Shown piece by piece: positions 48,001 to 63,000 of a stretch of 64,000 nt of DNA (its first letter is position 1; every line of letters begins with the position of its first letter). Position numbers and translations under genes: made by a program. Origin of the DNA: Azolla caroliniana (lineage: Eukaryota > Plantae > Polypodiophyta); assembly GCA_043228905.1 (NCBI GenBank), contig JBHGNT010000008.1, forward strand, positions 18,724,001 through 18,788,000, read 5' to 3'. Under the pieces are notes generated by a model, which was given only the letters and a program-made list of their open reading frames with translations, did no database searches and was not told the origin of the DNA.

Positions 48001-51000
48001 AGTGATGTGTGCGAACACACTTAGGACAGTGATATGTGAACACACTTAGGATAGTGATGTGTGTGAACACATTTAGGACAGTAATGTGTGAACACACTTA
48101 GGACAATGATTTGTGTGAACACACTTAGGACAATGATGTGTGTGAACACACTTAGGACCATAGTATGAACCATAGATTCAATCATTCGCGAAAGAAAAAT
48201 ACCCTCAAAGAATGATAAATACCATTCTTTTGGATTAACTATTTATTATGAGGTAGATAAGCCTAAAAATGAAAAGAAAAACAAAGAAAACATTAAAAAA
48301 ATGGGGGAAAAACAAAAAAAAACACAAGAATGTTTGGATAACATTCGCATTCGTTTTCCAACGTAGGAAAACGAATGTTATACTAGACGAACACGAATTT
48401 TACGTACTATGCTTAGGACTACAGGGGCATTTTTTCCCTCTTTAGGAGGTTATTTCCCCCTGTCTAAAAATACTCTTAGAACCCTAAAGTGGTGAAGCTT
48501 TTGGGGATTCAAAGCAAGAACCCAACTCTTGTTTCAGAGACCTCTCCATTCTGGATTGACCTATGCTAGTGATTTTCAAAGATAAAAGTTACAATGTATC
48601 TGATTGACTTGAGAATCTTCCATCTGTAGATGAAGAGATTCTTTAGTCAAGTCTTCTTCTATTTCTATTTACCTTTTCACTTAGTTACATTTATTTTGGT
48701 TTATTGTTCACAAAGTTGAGACATCATGTTTAAGATGTAATCTCTTGTTTCGTCGTATAGGCCATTTTGTTGACATATTTTGGTAGTGATGTGTGTGAAC
48801 ACACTTAGGACAGTGATGTGTGAGCACACTTAGGATAGTGATGTGTGTGAACACACTTAGATTACATGTTTAAGATGTAATCTCTTGTTTCGTCGTATAG
48901 GCCATTTTGGGCTCTTAAATGATGTTCATATATCTTTCTTTATTTCTTTCTTCTCTTTGAATATGTCTCTTTCATTCCATGGGTGCATGTAGGCCCTGGC
49001 CCTATGGACCATGACCTCAGCACCCTTTTCATCGACAGATAAATGCCATTATCTTCTGCCATTGCAGGTGCTTCCCTCGCTTCGGAGACCTCTCCATTTT
49101 GGATCTACCTACGCTGGAGATCTTTCGAAGACAAACGTTATAATATATCTAACTTGAGAGTCTCACATGTGCCGAAAACCAGATTCCCTTGTCTTTGTTT
49201 TATCTTATTTACTTTTATATTTACTGAGTAACATTTATTTTATTTTCATTTGTTCTCAGACATGAGATAACACTTAAGATGCAATCTCTTGTTTGGCCTT
49301 ACAGGCCATTTTGGCCCTCTTAAAAAACGTTAATATATCTTTCTTACTCTAGTTGTGAAACCCTTAGAATGGCACCTTCCATAGCCTGTACTAGCCTAGC
49401 CGTCCTCATAAATACTAGTTTGGAAGGCAACCGACATTCTTCACCTCAGTCGATGATCAATACAACCCTGCCCTTAGCAGCCCTCCCAAACCCATGTTAC
49501 ATAAACATATTCAGTTGATTCTGCTTCCAGAAACTCATACAAACCTACTTTTCTTTGTGTGATGATGATTGCATATGCCACTGTTAAATGTGGATATGTA
49601 CAAGTGTCCTAACTTAGTTTGTCAAATCAAGCTGGCTGCTCTGTGCTTTACCTTATCAGTTGAAACTGCCTATCTAGCACAACACTTGCATCTGCAACTA
49701 TTAAGCTCGAAGCTTTGAAAACCTGCAATATTTTATTTCAAAGATTGATATGGAAACATTATATGTCAAGTGTGAGCAGAATTGATAAAATCATTACTGC
49801 TGGATGACGTACCTCACAGGTTCGTGCAAGCCCAGCAAGGTTAGGTATGCGGCCCAATAAAGTAGCAACCACTATTAGCTCTTGACGATTACCACGCATC
49901 TTTACTATGTCTTTAGCTCTAGAATGTATGTTTGCATGGAGGAGGTCTTGTTCGGTCTCCATTACTACTGAAATGAAGGAATATTATTTCTATGCCTGCT
50001 ACTGATTTTTGGAACAATAGTATACCTGTGCTTATTAATACCTGATAGAACTGGTGAGAAGATATCACTGCTAGCCTCCTTATTAGGAGGCCCCCCCACT
50101 CTAACTTCAGGGCTAGTATCCATGAATCTAAGAGATCCAATTTTCCTTTGAAAATTGGCTGATCCCTCTGTATTTTCTGTGCTTGACACAGATGAACCAT
50201 TCTCTCGTTTAGGGTCAGATATTGATTCACTTTGTAAGGTAAACGCATCTGCAGCCATCGATTGACGCAAGTCATCTCGGGCTTCCTGGATCAAGTGCAG
50301 CAGCAATAATATACATACATCATAATCAGCATATTTGAACTTTGAAAACAGAAAGGAAGCTTACCTTTAAGAAGTATGATACTTTATCCATTAGAGCAAT
50401 TGGAGCACATTCAAATGGAATATCATCCAAAGGCTGCAATCTCATGAAATAGTATGTTCATCAAATAAAGGTGAACTATATAAATAGATATAATAAAATT
50501 TCATGTGTATTCCCTGAGTACCTTCGAGGGGTCCTCCTCACCTCCACACCTCAAGGAGAAGATGCCCCTTGGTGTAACAGCTTTTTTGGGGTCAAAACCA
50601 GTCAAAAAATTATTTACTGCTGTTCTTATCCTGAAAGAAAAATGATCAAACCACCCTTAAAAAAGAGGTGAGTAGCTATTCCTGTCCTCTACATGCATCA
50701 GTCCTATCCAACCCATCTTAGGAATAAGTGTAGGCAATAAACTCTTCTAGTGGACTTCTCAATATTAAATGGTAGTAATGAAAGTGTCGTTGAAATAAAG
50801 GACTCTTCCATACGATTTAGATTACATTTTCCAGTAAATGACAAGAACCAAGTGGTAGCATGCTCTCAAACCACTTTGGCATGAGGAATCCTATATTAGA
50901 GATGTAAAGGGTTCAGTTTTTTCTACTTTCTCTCTAGTTTACTTAAGTTTCTTATTTATATGTTCTCCAAAATATTCTAAGTCAAATCCATTATGGAGCA

Positions 51001-54000
51001 TACATTTTGTCGTGCTCCAAGCACCTATTTCATACTCCATAGATCTTCATCCATCCATCTCCTAGTCCAGAAGTCCAGACATTCAACGTGCACACGCACA
51101 GATCTGCCACACTACCATGTGATACCAAAACATATAGGAGATTCTTAGAGGCTTCCAGATGAACATCCTTCTTAGTTCTAAAATGCTAGTTCCGCAAATC
51201 ACCTTAACAAACTTCTTGCAGTTAGAGAATAAACTTATTCAACAAAGTGGGTTAATTTAGGAATCAAGCTCATTTTTTGGAGCTCTCAAACCATTGCAGT
51301 ACTTGTCAATATTGTGATCATTGAGATAATTGGTAGGATCCAGACTTAACTAAGTTCTTGTTATTGTTATTGACAAAGCTTTAGGAATACTACTTTGGAT
51401 GACATAACACTGTCCATTCTAATGTCATGTTAGATGTCAACTTTCAAAAGCCATTTTGTTGTATTTGGGATGTTTATATATTTTTCACAGAACCCAATGA
51501 TTGAAATAAACATGATAGGAAAATCACCTCCTGCATTCATTATTCTCATCCAAGAACGCGACTATTGATTGTAAGCATTTTGTTTCAAGTGATAATGGAG
51601 GATGGTTGTTTAAATTGACATCTTTGATGGAGGGGACTTTGAGAATCTTATGAAAGACTTCATGTATCAGTATCTGAAACAGAGAAAGAATGAATGAAAT
51701 ATTAACGTATTTTAAGAGGCCAAAATAGCTTATAAGGCCAAACAAGAGATTGCATCTTAAAATGTGCAATCCGAAAGAAACAACCATCACACTAATTTCC
51801 AATGTGCAATCTGCATTGTTAAGGTACTGGTCTGACTGACCAATTCAAATCAAACCTGAGAAAAGCTGCGCAATGGATGGTGATGAGTAGTGTAGTATGG
51901 TATCACTGCTGGCACTAATTCATCAATAAGTAAAGTTTGAATGCATGCTGGAGTTGCATGTATCAAAACATTCACAGAAATGAAAACATATGATGCCAAC
52001 GTCTGCAAAAAAAATCAATAAACAGAACGTTAATGAATCTAACATTGAAATTTTACAAATAAAAAAGGATACCAAACATGGCCTTAATATCACTAAAGTT
52101 TCTGCTCTTTTAAATCTAAAATAAACTATAAAATATATCCAATGCTTACAATCCTCAATATTCAGTTAGCTCATACATACACCTCTAGTGGATGACAATA
52201 AATCGATATTTGATGTTGTAATACACCCATATGAGGAGTCACCAAGATCGACATTGGGTATTGGTAGGGTTCCCATTTTGCATCATACATGCAATGCAAA
52301 TAGATTCCATTGAACTAATCTTTATCAGTGCTACCAAGATAGACATTGGGTATTGGTAGGAATCCCATTTTAAACACTAGAAGGGCTCTTACATCAAGAT
52401 TATACAGTTATAGCACGGTCTATGCAGCCTCAACCATGTCAAGTAGGATTGAGTTTGTAATTCATCCAATGAGAAGGGGGGAATTTTGAACCTACATATC
52501 TGCACGGTGATCTTTATTTTAACCAAATCATGGGTTATGAATGGTCCAGAGTTATAGGACATATCTTAAAATGTAGTTCAGAGGCATTGAACAGTCACTG
52601 ATCAGTCTCTACACATAAGTCTTCTGTCCAGCATTTGTCCTAATCACCATTTAAGCTTTACCCTCAGAAATATTCCACTATTTAGTGGAAAATATTTCAT
52701 TCTTCAGTTGCAATTTACTCATACATTATTATAGCCATAAAATGAAGCCAAAAAACAGCAAAAATGATTCAGAGATAAAAACTAGATTGTTGGTACCATA
52801 CAAACATCAGAAAAAGGTAAGCTTGTCTAGTTCAGACAAAATTGTACCTGCGTCTTCATATTGAAATCAGCAAGGGCTGGGACTATTTTTTCTTTTACCT
52901 GAAACAATAAAAATCTACTATTATATTCAATATATAGCACTGAAGACTTTACTCCTCAAGATTATGATGGTTGCCTGTGAGATGTATAGCCTAACAGAAT
53001 TGTCACTGAAATCACTTTGCACATGACTTGTTTCAGGACATCCTTCCATCAAAAAAAATCTCCAGAATTTGGCACATAGTGATAACATTAGTTTTGCCTC
53101 AAATGCATAATTTGTTTCATCTATTTTTGTTTCCCACAGGATAAACACACATCAAGATCTGATTTCACAAATATTATTCTCGACAATGTATGCAGTCATC
53201 ATGATCTGTTAGTGAAATATGGAAGAACCTATTTGTTAGCAATTGCCAGAACTGAAAGATAATCTTTTCATTGATACACTCAAAAGATTTAATGCTGATC
53301 TTTTACTGGCAGAGGACAAAGAAATTTTATTGGCGACTAAAGCTTTTACTAACATTTATTCAAGGGAAAAAAACATTTATTGTTGTGATCATATGGACAT
53401 GCCACATTGAGAAACCAGACGCTCAAATCAAACATAACAACTTCAAATGTCCCAAAGGCAATGAAACAAATGAGAAGACAGCAGAGGAAAGATGGCAGAA
53501 CTAGAATTCCCAAAACCACTAAATGGAAGCAACTCTTCAGCAGAAGAGAGAAATGTCTTCTGGTAGTTTGTAACTGTTGCATTACAAGCGTTGCTTACAA
53601 AAACAAATGAAATCCTGGCAGATTCTGTGTACAAAAGATTGTGTAATACTAGTATATTCTGTGTAACAAAAGATTGATTTCACTTCCCTTACGTGACGAT
53701 CACTCAATTACAAAGCTGTTTTATCATCGGCAATGCAAGCCATTGTCAGAAAAACAATCCTAGGGATTATGTAAGATGAGAAAATAGAAGAATACTACAT
53801 CAGGTTATCTGCAATGATAGATAAATGAGATAACAAATGTCTATACATAGAAAGAAGGCGCCATTGTCATAATTAGTAGTATGTGATCCTTTGCATTCCT
53901 GGATCTCCATTTACCACCTAAATAATATATTTTTAGCAACATGGGTCTGTATCTTTTTGGGTTTTCACAGTTTCGGCCTATACATTCAAAATGATACCAT

Positions 54001-57000
54001 AAGTGCTTTGGGACGCCCTCATGAACAAAGTATACTAGACATTACCCACAGAATTCTATTGGATCACGTAAGTCTTCAGACTAGTCTGAATAAAAGTATC
54101 CAAGTAGAAAACACGTGCATGCAATGATTAACAGAGTAACGCCAAACAATTTACCAAATTTGGGAAATGGAGACAAAGTTCAATAGCAAATATCTCAGCA
54201 TACTGCCGGACTGAGGGTAAGTTGTTTCTCTGTACAAATAAACATAAAGTAGATGAGAAGATTTACTGAAACTTTACATATCAAATAGCACTCGGCTAAA
54301 AAACTGAACTAAGACTATATGCAAATCTTCAATTGATGTTACCAATAATCGGGTAGTAGGCCATGAACTATCAATGTCAATAATTACACATTGTTTTCTG
54401 TTTCTTTTGATTTTTCACTCACAAGCAAACAAATCTGAAGTAGATCCATGACTTCTTCAAGTATGTCATCATCAACAAACCGTGAAAGAATACAAGCCAT
54501 CTGCCATGCTCGAGTTTTCCTCCTGTGAATCTGCAATTTAAGAAGACTCCTACTTATAATAACTATGGCATTCATAGAATTCCAGAACATATGCTTATTC
54601 TCACAAGAAATCACTTACAGCACTTTTTTTCTTGTAAAGTTCCTTTGACAAATCTGCATCAGTTGCCTGAGAACCATAGATAAAACAGACATAAAAGATA
54701 GTAATTCAATTAGGCTACACACATGACATGAATGATTGCAATAAGGGTTTAGTGTTTACACTGGTAGTTCTCATGTTAATTGCAACATAAATTTTGATCA
54801 CATGATACTGTATGAAGCAAATGGAATTGTACAGAAATATTTATGATTACATGATTGTATGATCTTCGATACAAACCTATTCTCCAAGACTTATAAGTAT
54901 GGTAGCTAGGTAAAAAAAGTAAATAAAATAAAAAGAAACTAACAAATCTAGACAGATATATTACAATTTTTATCTCCACAAGATATCTAGCATAGGTTTA
55001 TCCAAAATGGAGAGATCTCTGAAGCAAGGCAAGCACTTGCAATGGCAGGAGATAATGACCTTTATCCGTCAATGACAGGAGTGGTAAGATTGTTGTCCAT
55101 GGGACCGGGGCCTATTGCACGATCTATTATAATGCTTTTGTTATGCCTTGGTTGGGAGCCCATTTATATAGCCCTTGATTGACTTGTAGCATGAGTAGGA
55201 GTGATGGGGCTAAAGAAACTTGTGATTGTTCTTTGTTGATAAGCTTGTGTTGCTGTACTGTTGTCCTTCAACAACTTTTGCCTCTTGAGTTCTAGCAAGA
55301 TAAGCCCCAATCATTGTTGGTCCTCATATTCCAATACCTTCTGTAGTGGCCAAAGCCTTGCTTAAAGAGGCAATGTTATCTCCCTATTATTTCATAAATA
55401 AAAACTATACATAGCGTTCATTAGATTCCACACCCTAATGACACAAATGGCAAATTCTTTCTTCTTGAGGTATTCATGCATATCCACCTGCCTCAATCTC
55501 TAACTAATGTGATGAAGTGCCCTATCACACATAGTGCATAGGATAAATGTATGACCATATAAAGTGACCTGATGATGAACCCATCCTTTGACAAGGATTT
55601 ATACAGTGCATAGAGACAAAATCTATATAGAGACCCGAAGAGAGTGGTGATCTGCACTTTTCCTGATAAGGATTTATACAGTGCATAGATTCTCCACTGC
55701 ATATTTATAAGGGCATTCAGTGTTTGTAGCTGTTGCATAAACCGAGTGGCCGACACAGTATCAACGGCTTTCCAGAAATCCACAAAGCAGCTTAAACCCT
55801 CCTTGATAAGGGCTCGAGAGTAAACCACTTCCAAAAGCCTTCCTGTCTAGCTGAACGACAACTAGTTTGCTCTGCCCATGAACTCAATTCTGACTCTAGG
55901 ATTTATCCATATAGTTTGACCAAGTAATGGCCAATCATAATTGTCCTATAGTTGCTCAGCGTCATGAGGGTCTCCACTCTGGAGGATTGGCAAAATGATA
56001 TATTTTGTCAATCTAGTAGGTAAACCTTCACATGTAGCTCTCATAAAGATGTGTGCTAGCAATGGGAGCATGATGTCACGGGTATAGATAAAGTACTCAC
56101 CTACCAATCCATCATGATCCTGGGCCTTTCCAAATTGTAACCAATCAATGGCATTTCTTACATTTTGTGATGTAAAAATGGTGGATTCATGTGGGCGTGA
56201 GCCATGTGGGTGGGGAAGTGAAGGCTGCCCCAGGATATCATATAGTACCTTTGCATATCCATGCTACACCTGAGGTGAGGTCAGTTGTGTGGTAGGTTGC
56301 CTCATTAAACAGTTTCCATGCTCTTTTACGTTCTCATCCTAGGAACAAGTCATATAGATGATCCTCAAATTTAGCTAAATACAGATGATCTTTGTGCTGG
56401 AAGCGTCTCCTTGTATCACGAGATTCCTCATCATACCAACTATTATGTATGATTCTACCAAGTTTGGGGGCATTGCCCGTTGTGTGGGGAAAGGCATTTG
56501 TGGCTGCTTCATGCAAGAGAAACCCGCAGCCCCACGTAGTTATGATTGTTGGTAGGAAGAGAGATGATGAATCACATGGTACGGATTGTACCAAACCATG
56601 ATAAGTTGAAAGGCCCAAATCTAGATTGGCCTAATATATGAATTGGGTTAAACACAGTTGCGTTTCATTCACGAATAAAGAAAACACTTTTGCCATCAAA
56701 TAGCATTATTGATGTGAACCTAGAGTTTGTATATAACACAGCATGGTAGGAAATTGTGGTTTCTGAGATGCAGAAGAGCAGCTCACAGATCTTGTGAAAT
56801 CAACGTTGAAGATATTCTATAATAGACTATTATGGTACCAAGAACACCACCAGTTTACCAATGCGTGAAGTAATTTCAAAACCAGCTGTTTCCCACAGTT
56901 TGTGGCAGCAAGCACTACTTGTTCTCCCTCATGTCCCTTGGAAAGACTTCTATTTTCAACTATCTCTGCAAATTTGTGAATCAACACTGCAATAGTGACA

Positions 57001-60000
57001 CGGACATAAAGCTCAGAGTTCCTAAATTCCTGCATCACAGTACAGAAAACCATAAAACCTTGAAGCAGATTTAAATAATTACAGATTTAAATCTTCAACA
57101 GTTTTTATTACCTCAATAAGCTCAGGGTCCAAGCTTTGCATAAGCATGGAGTACTCCCTAGAAGCCACTACGTTCTCTGAAATTTGTCCATCCAACTCCT
57201 CATCTATGCTCTCTGCAGGCAGTAATAAAAATTAGAATCGACAATAGATGAAGTAGCTTTAGTAGAAAACCTTTATCATCTCATACCTCCACCATGGATA
57301 GACAGTAGATACAATTCCTCAATATAGTATTTTGTGATGGCAGGAAATTTTAGCCACAGTCCTGCAACATGCATTGCCGTAAGCCTCATTGTACGAGGAC
57401 TACGAGAACCTTGGTCAAGTAGCTTCAACAAAAGCTGCAAAAAAACCATTGATTTAAATTCTGAAACTTTAGTCCATTTAGTTCATGTTTCCAGCAGAGG
57501 TTTTTCTCAAACTACATATACTGGGTAACTTAATTATCAAAAATACAAATTTGAAAAACAGTTGGTTTTCTTCCATTAAAAACTTACCAAATGAGCCATT
57601 TCCTAGGCGTTATAACCAATGGATTTGATACAACACCACATACCATGTTACAGGCAATCACATTGTACATGACATGCAGAATAACTTACCCATTTAAGAG
57701 GTCCAGGATCTCCATTAATACTATGCATAGACACATTGCCAAAGATGTTCGGGTGGATAATTGCTGATAAAAATGCAGAAACTGAAGCAACTCTTCGCTT
57801 ATTCGAATCAGCAACTGCTGCCCACGCAGCTCTAACTAATGACCACGCCACCTTACATAAAAAGATATCAAACATTTATAATTGCATAATAGGAGAAACT
57901 CTAAATTCATCACAGTACCTCTGTGGCTTCCAGAACATTCCAATGCACCAGCCATCGAATACATCGCAAAAGTGGCAACATATTGTCCTCACCAGCAATC
58001 TCCAAGCTTCACAAAGCAATATATTAGATAAATATCTCAGAACAGAAAAGAAATGAAAAAAATTATAGACTTAACAGGCACAACAGGTATTATCCCAAAA
58101 GAAAGCTCCAACTTGAATCTCATTAAGATGCAGCAAAACTATTAAAGAAACCTTAATTATAAACAATATAAAAGACCATAATTACCGTTATCTTCCTGTT
58201 CTATCACAACAAAAACCACTGTTTGGTCTACTGAATTATTAAATAAGCTTGTGATAACAACTGTTCCCATCAATAACTAAACATTAAGAAACAAGATTGG
58301 AATCTCCAAAACGTAATTCATCATGAACCTCAAACTGCCGATATTACATCATTCATAAAGTTTTACCAATCAGTATTAGAAATAACCAAATTGTCACACA
58401 AACATGTACCTGTTTATTGCATCCAAAAGAACTGTCTTGAGAATCGTATACGAGACTGCAGGCATGTTAGTGTTTATATGTTTGTTTCTGCCATATGCCC
58501 TACAATATGGAATAGAAAGAAGCCCATCCAGACAAAGCCACTGCCAGAAGAAATTATAACAGGGTGTCCATTACATGTAAATCAATACCAGGTTCACATA
58601 GATGTATGCTCATGAGTGATTAGCACAGGTCTACTTTCTTGTTAATTAAAAAACACATTACTATCAAAAAGTGTTACAATATATCAATCTAATAAATAAA
58701 TAAAAATCCAATGCCATAAAAATATAACAATCGAACAATGGTATAAATAAATGATTACAGTCTGTAACACTTGAAACCTTTTTAAGTAAAGAACAAGATT
58801 GTAATAGGCTCATAAGAAACAGCTTCTACAACCAATCTCAGACTCTTAACTAGAACTTTCCAGGCAGTCTCAAGTCTGCCTTTCAATCTACCATAGGACC
58901 TGGCAAGCAGGGTTAGAAGGGCAATGCCATGCTGCAGAGAATCATGAATGTAAGATAAACCAAGACTACATTCTAAAGTATATAGTTCCATGTATTACTG
59001 TTGAAAATATGAGATCACAACAGTCTACAATAGCTCTTAACTAACATTACACTCAGTCCCTTATTAAAACCCTTATTCAGAATTAAGCAAATTAATCATG
59101 AAAGAACCTTGATGAAGATGAAGGAGAGGTTCATAGCAGAAGCATAAAATAGGGGAATTAGAAAAGGTCATAATACAAGGTCTAGACGAAAGTCTATTCG
59201 CAAGGGGTGTTCAAGTCCCTGACAAACATGCATGAGAACGAGCCTAGTAGATTTTTCTTCCTGGGTCTGTCAGAACTTGATCATAGTACAAACAGGAACC
59301 TGTCTTTCAGTAAGAGCCTAAACTTCCAAATTGGATTTAATCTGGCCCCTTCTTTGAGGCACACTCTCAGGAGCATGGGCCACACCCTTATATAATTAGG
59401 TTTCCACATCCTACGCATGCTTCACACAGAAAGGTTTCTCTACCTGATCCCAATTTTACAGTAGTGCCTATTTTGAAAAAAGAAATTTCTGATCTTCTCA
59501 GTATATCCTTACTTTAGAGGATTCTGTCCATATTTAGACGAAAATACCAGCCACTGAAAATAAAGTGACATGGAAAATAAACCATAACAGAAACAAAGTC
59601 CCATCTAACCTATCATCAAGTGTGTAAATAGCCATTCCTGAATGCTAAACAAGCTAACACAATCATATACTTTTCCAAACATCCTTGATATCTAGCCAGC
59701 GAGAAGAAAAGTATCTGATGGATATTCTTCACAAAACAAAGTGTTACGATAAAATTATTACTTATTATATCCGACTATGCATTAATTGATTTTCCACTCA
59801 CATTAAAGCTAAGTAGAATTGACTGACAAATACCAAGAGCTTGAAAGCTTTTATTCTCCTTTTATGGTATAAAATGCAACTTAATGAAGGAAAAAGAAAA
59901 TACACATTGGAACGGATATGATATTAACCTTTTGCTGCAAAAGGAATGCTTTGCGACTCCTTGCTAAAGTGTGTGCATGCAGAAGCGAGTTTATGTTATT

Positions 60001-63000
60001 TAGAAGATTGGAGACAACAGTATCTAGAATCCTTTCATCCTTCGCTCCTTCTCCAGGATTAACAGTCTGTTTCACTACTGAAAGAGCATGAGTGTCTAGT
60101 GACAAAGCCAACGCATTGCAAACATGTGCAAGAGCCTCGTATAAACATAGTTGCATTTCTCCTTCCATCTGAAAAAAGATAAGAAAGAATATCATGGTTT
60201 TCAAAATAATTTGAGCAGCAGGACTTAATCCTTTGAGCAGATAACATACTATAGAAAACCATCATTGCAGAAACCTACACCACCTCTCCTACCCATGGAC
60301 AGGTATAATCTCAAATATGTATAAGTTATTTCCACTTTTTATGTCACGTCCTGAAACTGTCATGTATCCTGTTCAATGTTCATATATATTCTTCAACGCA
60401 ACAAGAACAAATGTTTCACATGAAGGAAAACAGTTTTGTTGCCAAGTTATTAGAGATGGTTTCAACAGTATGTATAGCATGTAGTCATTACATATTTCCC
60501 TACACATGTTTGTATGACAAAGTCTTCAACCAGTAAAACAAAGTATTGTTTTTTACATCATTTTCTTCCAAGTACATTTTCTTCCCCAACCATTATTCCT
60601 TTATGTGAACCCTCTTAATGATGGAGAAATTTTCATGTACATTTTATATTCGTCACAATTATTCCTTTTTCAGTCCAAGAAACAAGATCAAAGTTATGTA
60701 ACCATCACAAAAGCAAAGAATAGGTTGACAAGTGATCTTTGCTATACTGGCCAAAGCAAACAATTCAACCAAATCAGCTGATAGGACATCTTGGATAACA
60801 TGGAATTCATCCATGATGCAGGATGATAGAATCACAGTAGAAAATATCAGAGGAAATTTACAATATCAAGATTAGCCACATGGCCTTCAATGTAAATTTG
60901 GGAGCAGTGCTGTCAATGCTTATTGCTTTGTGAATACCTCTTCTGTCGCTGTTCTTGTGTTGATTGATCTCCCAATCAGATTCCAAATGAAGAGATGAGC
61001 AGAGTCAGAGATTTTACTATTATTTTCACACATCCATACAATGCAATTCCCAATCACTTCAACTGCAACCACCTATCAATATATAAAATCCAATCATTAG
61101 CACAGATTGAACTTGAAACCCATTAAATACAAAGATTAATATCAACCATGAAAAACTGAATCATCTAACCAAGCTAACCTAAATCCAAGAAACCACCATA
61201 TCAATCCTAACCCCTAAGTCAAAATTGCTACAACTTGGCTGAAACCAACATTCATGCAACTTTTATCTTGGAAGCCTGAGTTTACGAAACCAATCATGGA
61301 ACCATGGATTATCAAACCCATAAATATACATCCAATAAATGCAATAAATGCCATACACTATCAAAAATAGTAATGGTAAGGAGAAAATCAGAAGCCATAT
61401 TTTTGTGGCCCCTTTCATTTAAAAAGCATGCCACATGGATTCAATCCCCAACAACTCCTCCATATTTGATGGGAACATATTCTACTTTTGTGTGATCAAG
61501 AACTAATTTTGATCATCTTTGACTTCTTTCTTCTCAGCATCCATAACAAAGCCTGAAATCTGTCGTGACGCCCAGGATTTGGTGATAAAGGTAATTCACG
61601 CCTTTACATATCTGAAACTTTAAACTACAATAGAGCTACATGTAATTTAACAGGTAATGGCAACCTTCTTAGGAGAAACGATAAAATAGATCATATCATT
61701 TTTCTTCCAAGTTCTTTTACAAGTGAACTCCAAAAACAGGTGGAAGAGCAGTATTTAACCGCTTATGTTAGGAGGTTTGCAAGCTGAATAAGAAAAGTTG
61801 GCAATAAAAACAGGGAGACTCAAAACAAAGCACAGTACCCCTTTCAAAGCATCCGAAGCCATTTTTGTGGGAAGCCGGCGCTGACTTGGCCCACCTAGCT
61901 TTCCAGTCACAGAGTTGGGTAATGCATCACTGTTTGAGAAATCATAGTTCCAAAAGACTGCGGAAGCCCGTTCAGCATGTGCAAGAAGTTCATCCTACAC
62001 CCCAGCATGTTTCATGGCAGATATTTACAGAAGAATTAAAAATGTTTACAAATAATCAAGCTAATGGATCCATAGTTCAAACCATGTTTGCAGAGATAAT
62101 AAGCTGAAGGTGTTTTCTCAAAACATCAAATGTACAGCCACCATCACTTATAAGGGAAACAACTTGGACTTCCTTTTCGATCCTCAAAGAAAAGCTTTCA
62201 CTATGATTAAAGACCTTCATTTTCTCAAATGATAAACTGCATACTTTAATAATATTATCAAGAAGTAGTAGAAGCTTCTCCGGTATACACGTTGAATTGT
62301 ATGCCCTCTGATAGATGCTGCAAACGTTTTCATGTACAAACTGCCAAATAGAACAACATCCCAGGTTATACCTCACTTGTATTAGATAGAAATAAAATAA
62401 GCATTAATTCTAGCCTTGTGCACCATCATCAAGTGTGAAAGACTCTTCTGATTGAGCAATCCAAGAGCGAGCATCTTTGCCCACTTATCTGCCTCTTGTG
62501 CCCATGCTTTGACTTCTTCATCTGTCATGATTATATCTATTCCATATCCTGATGGCTTTATTATGGAATTAGCTATCTCATAGAGTCCATTTGAAATCCA
62601 GCTCTGAAAATCAATTGAAGTGGAAGAGAAACCCGACCTAATCCAATACCATACATGCCCATGTAGCATTCCTGCAATCAATGTTTCACGCAGTTTTTGT
62701 AATTTGTCATTGGTACATTAAGGCTTCTGATAGTGGACTAGTATTAAACCTCTAAAGGATCACCAATGCAAATGTTTACAACATCCCACATTCACCAAAC
62801 ACCCAAAATGTTAACATCTCTATGCTAAATTAACAACTGAAACAGTTTCATTCACAGCTATAATCTTTAAAGTTGAAGAAACTACACATAAGGTTGGCAG
62901 ACTCAATAAATATCAAGTGATGGATGTTTCCAATTCAGCCAATGAAATCGAAACTATCCAGAATTTTCCAAACCCTCTTCATTTGGTCTTTCAGCCCATG

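Noticed and set aside
58782-58991. ORF as an additional TRM3 exon
   Set aside because: Exons 59929-60168 and 58410-58540 already join in phase ([13 protein letters not shown]); no conserved motif or clear donor.
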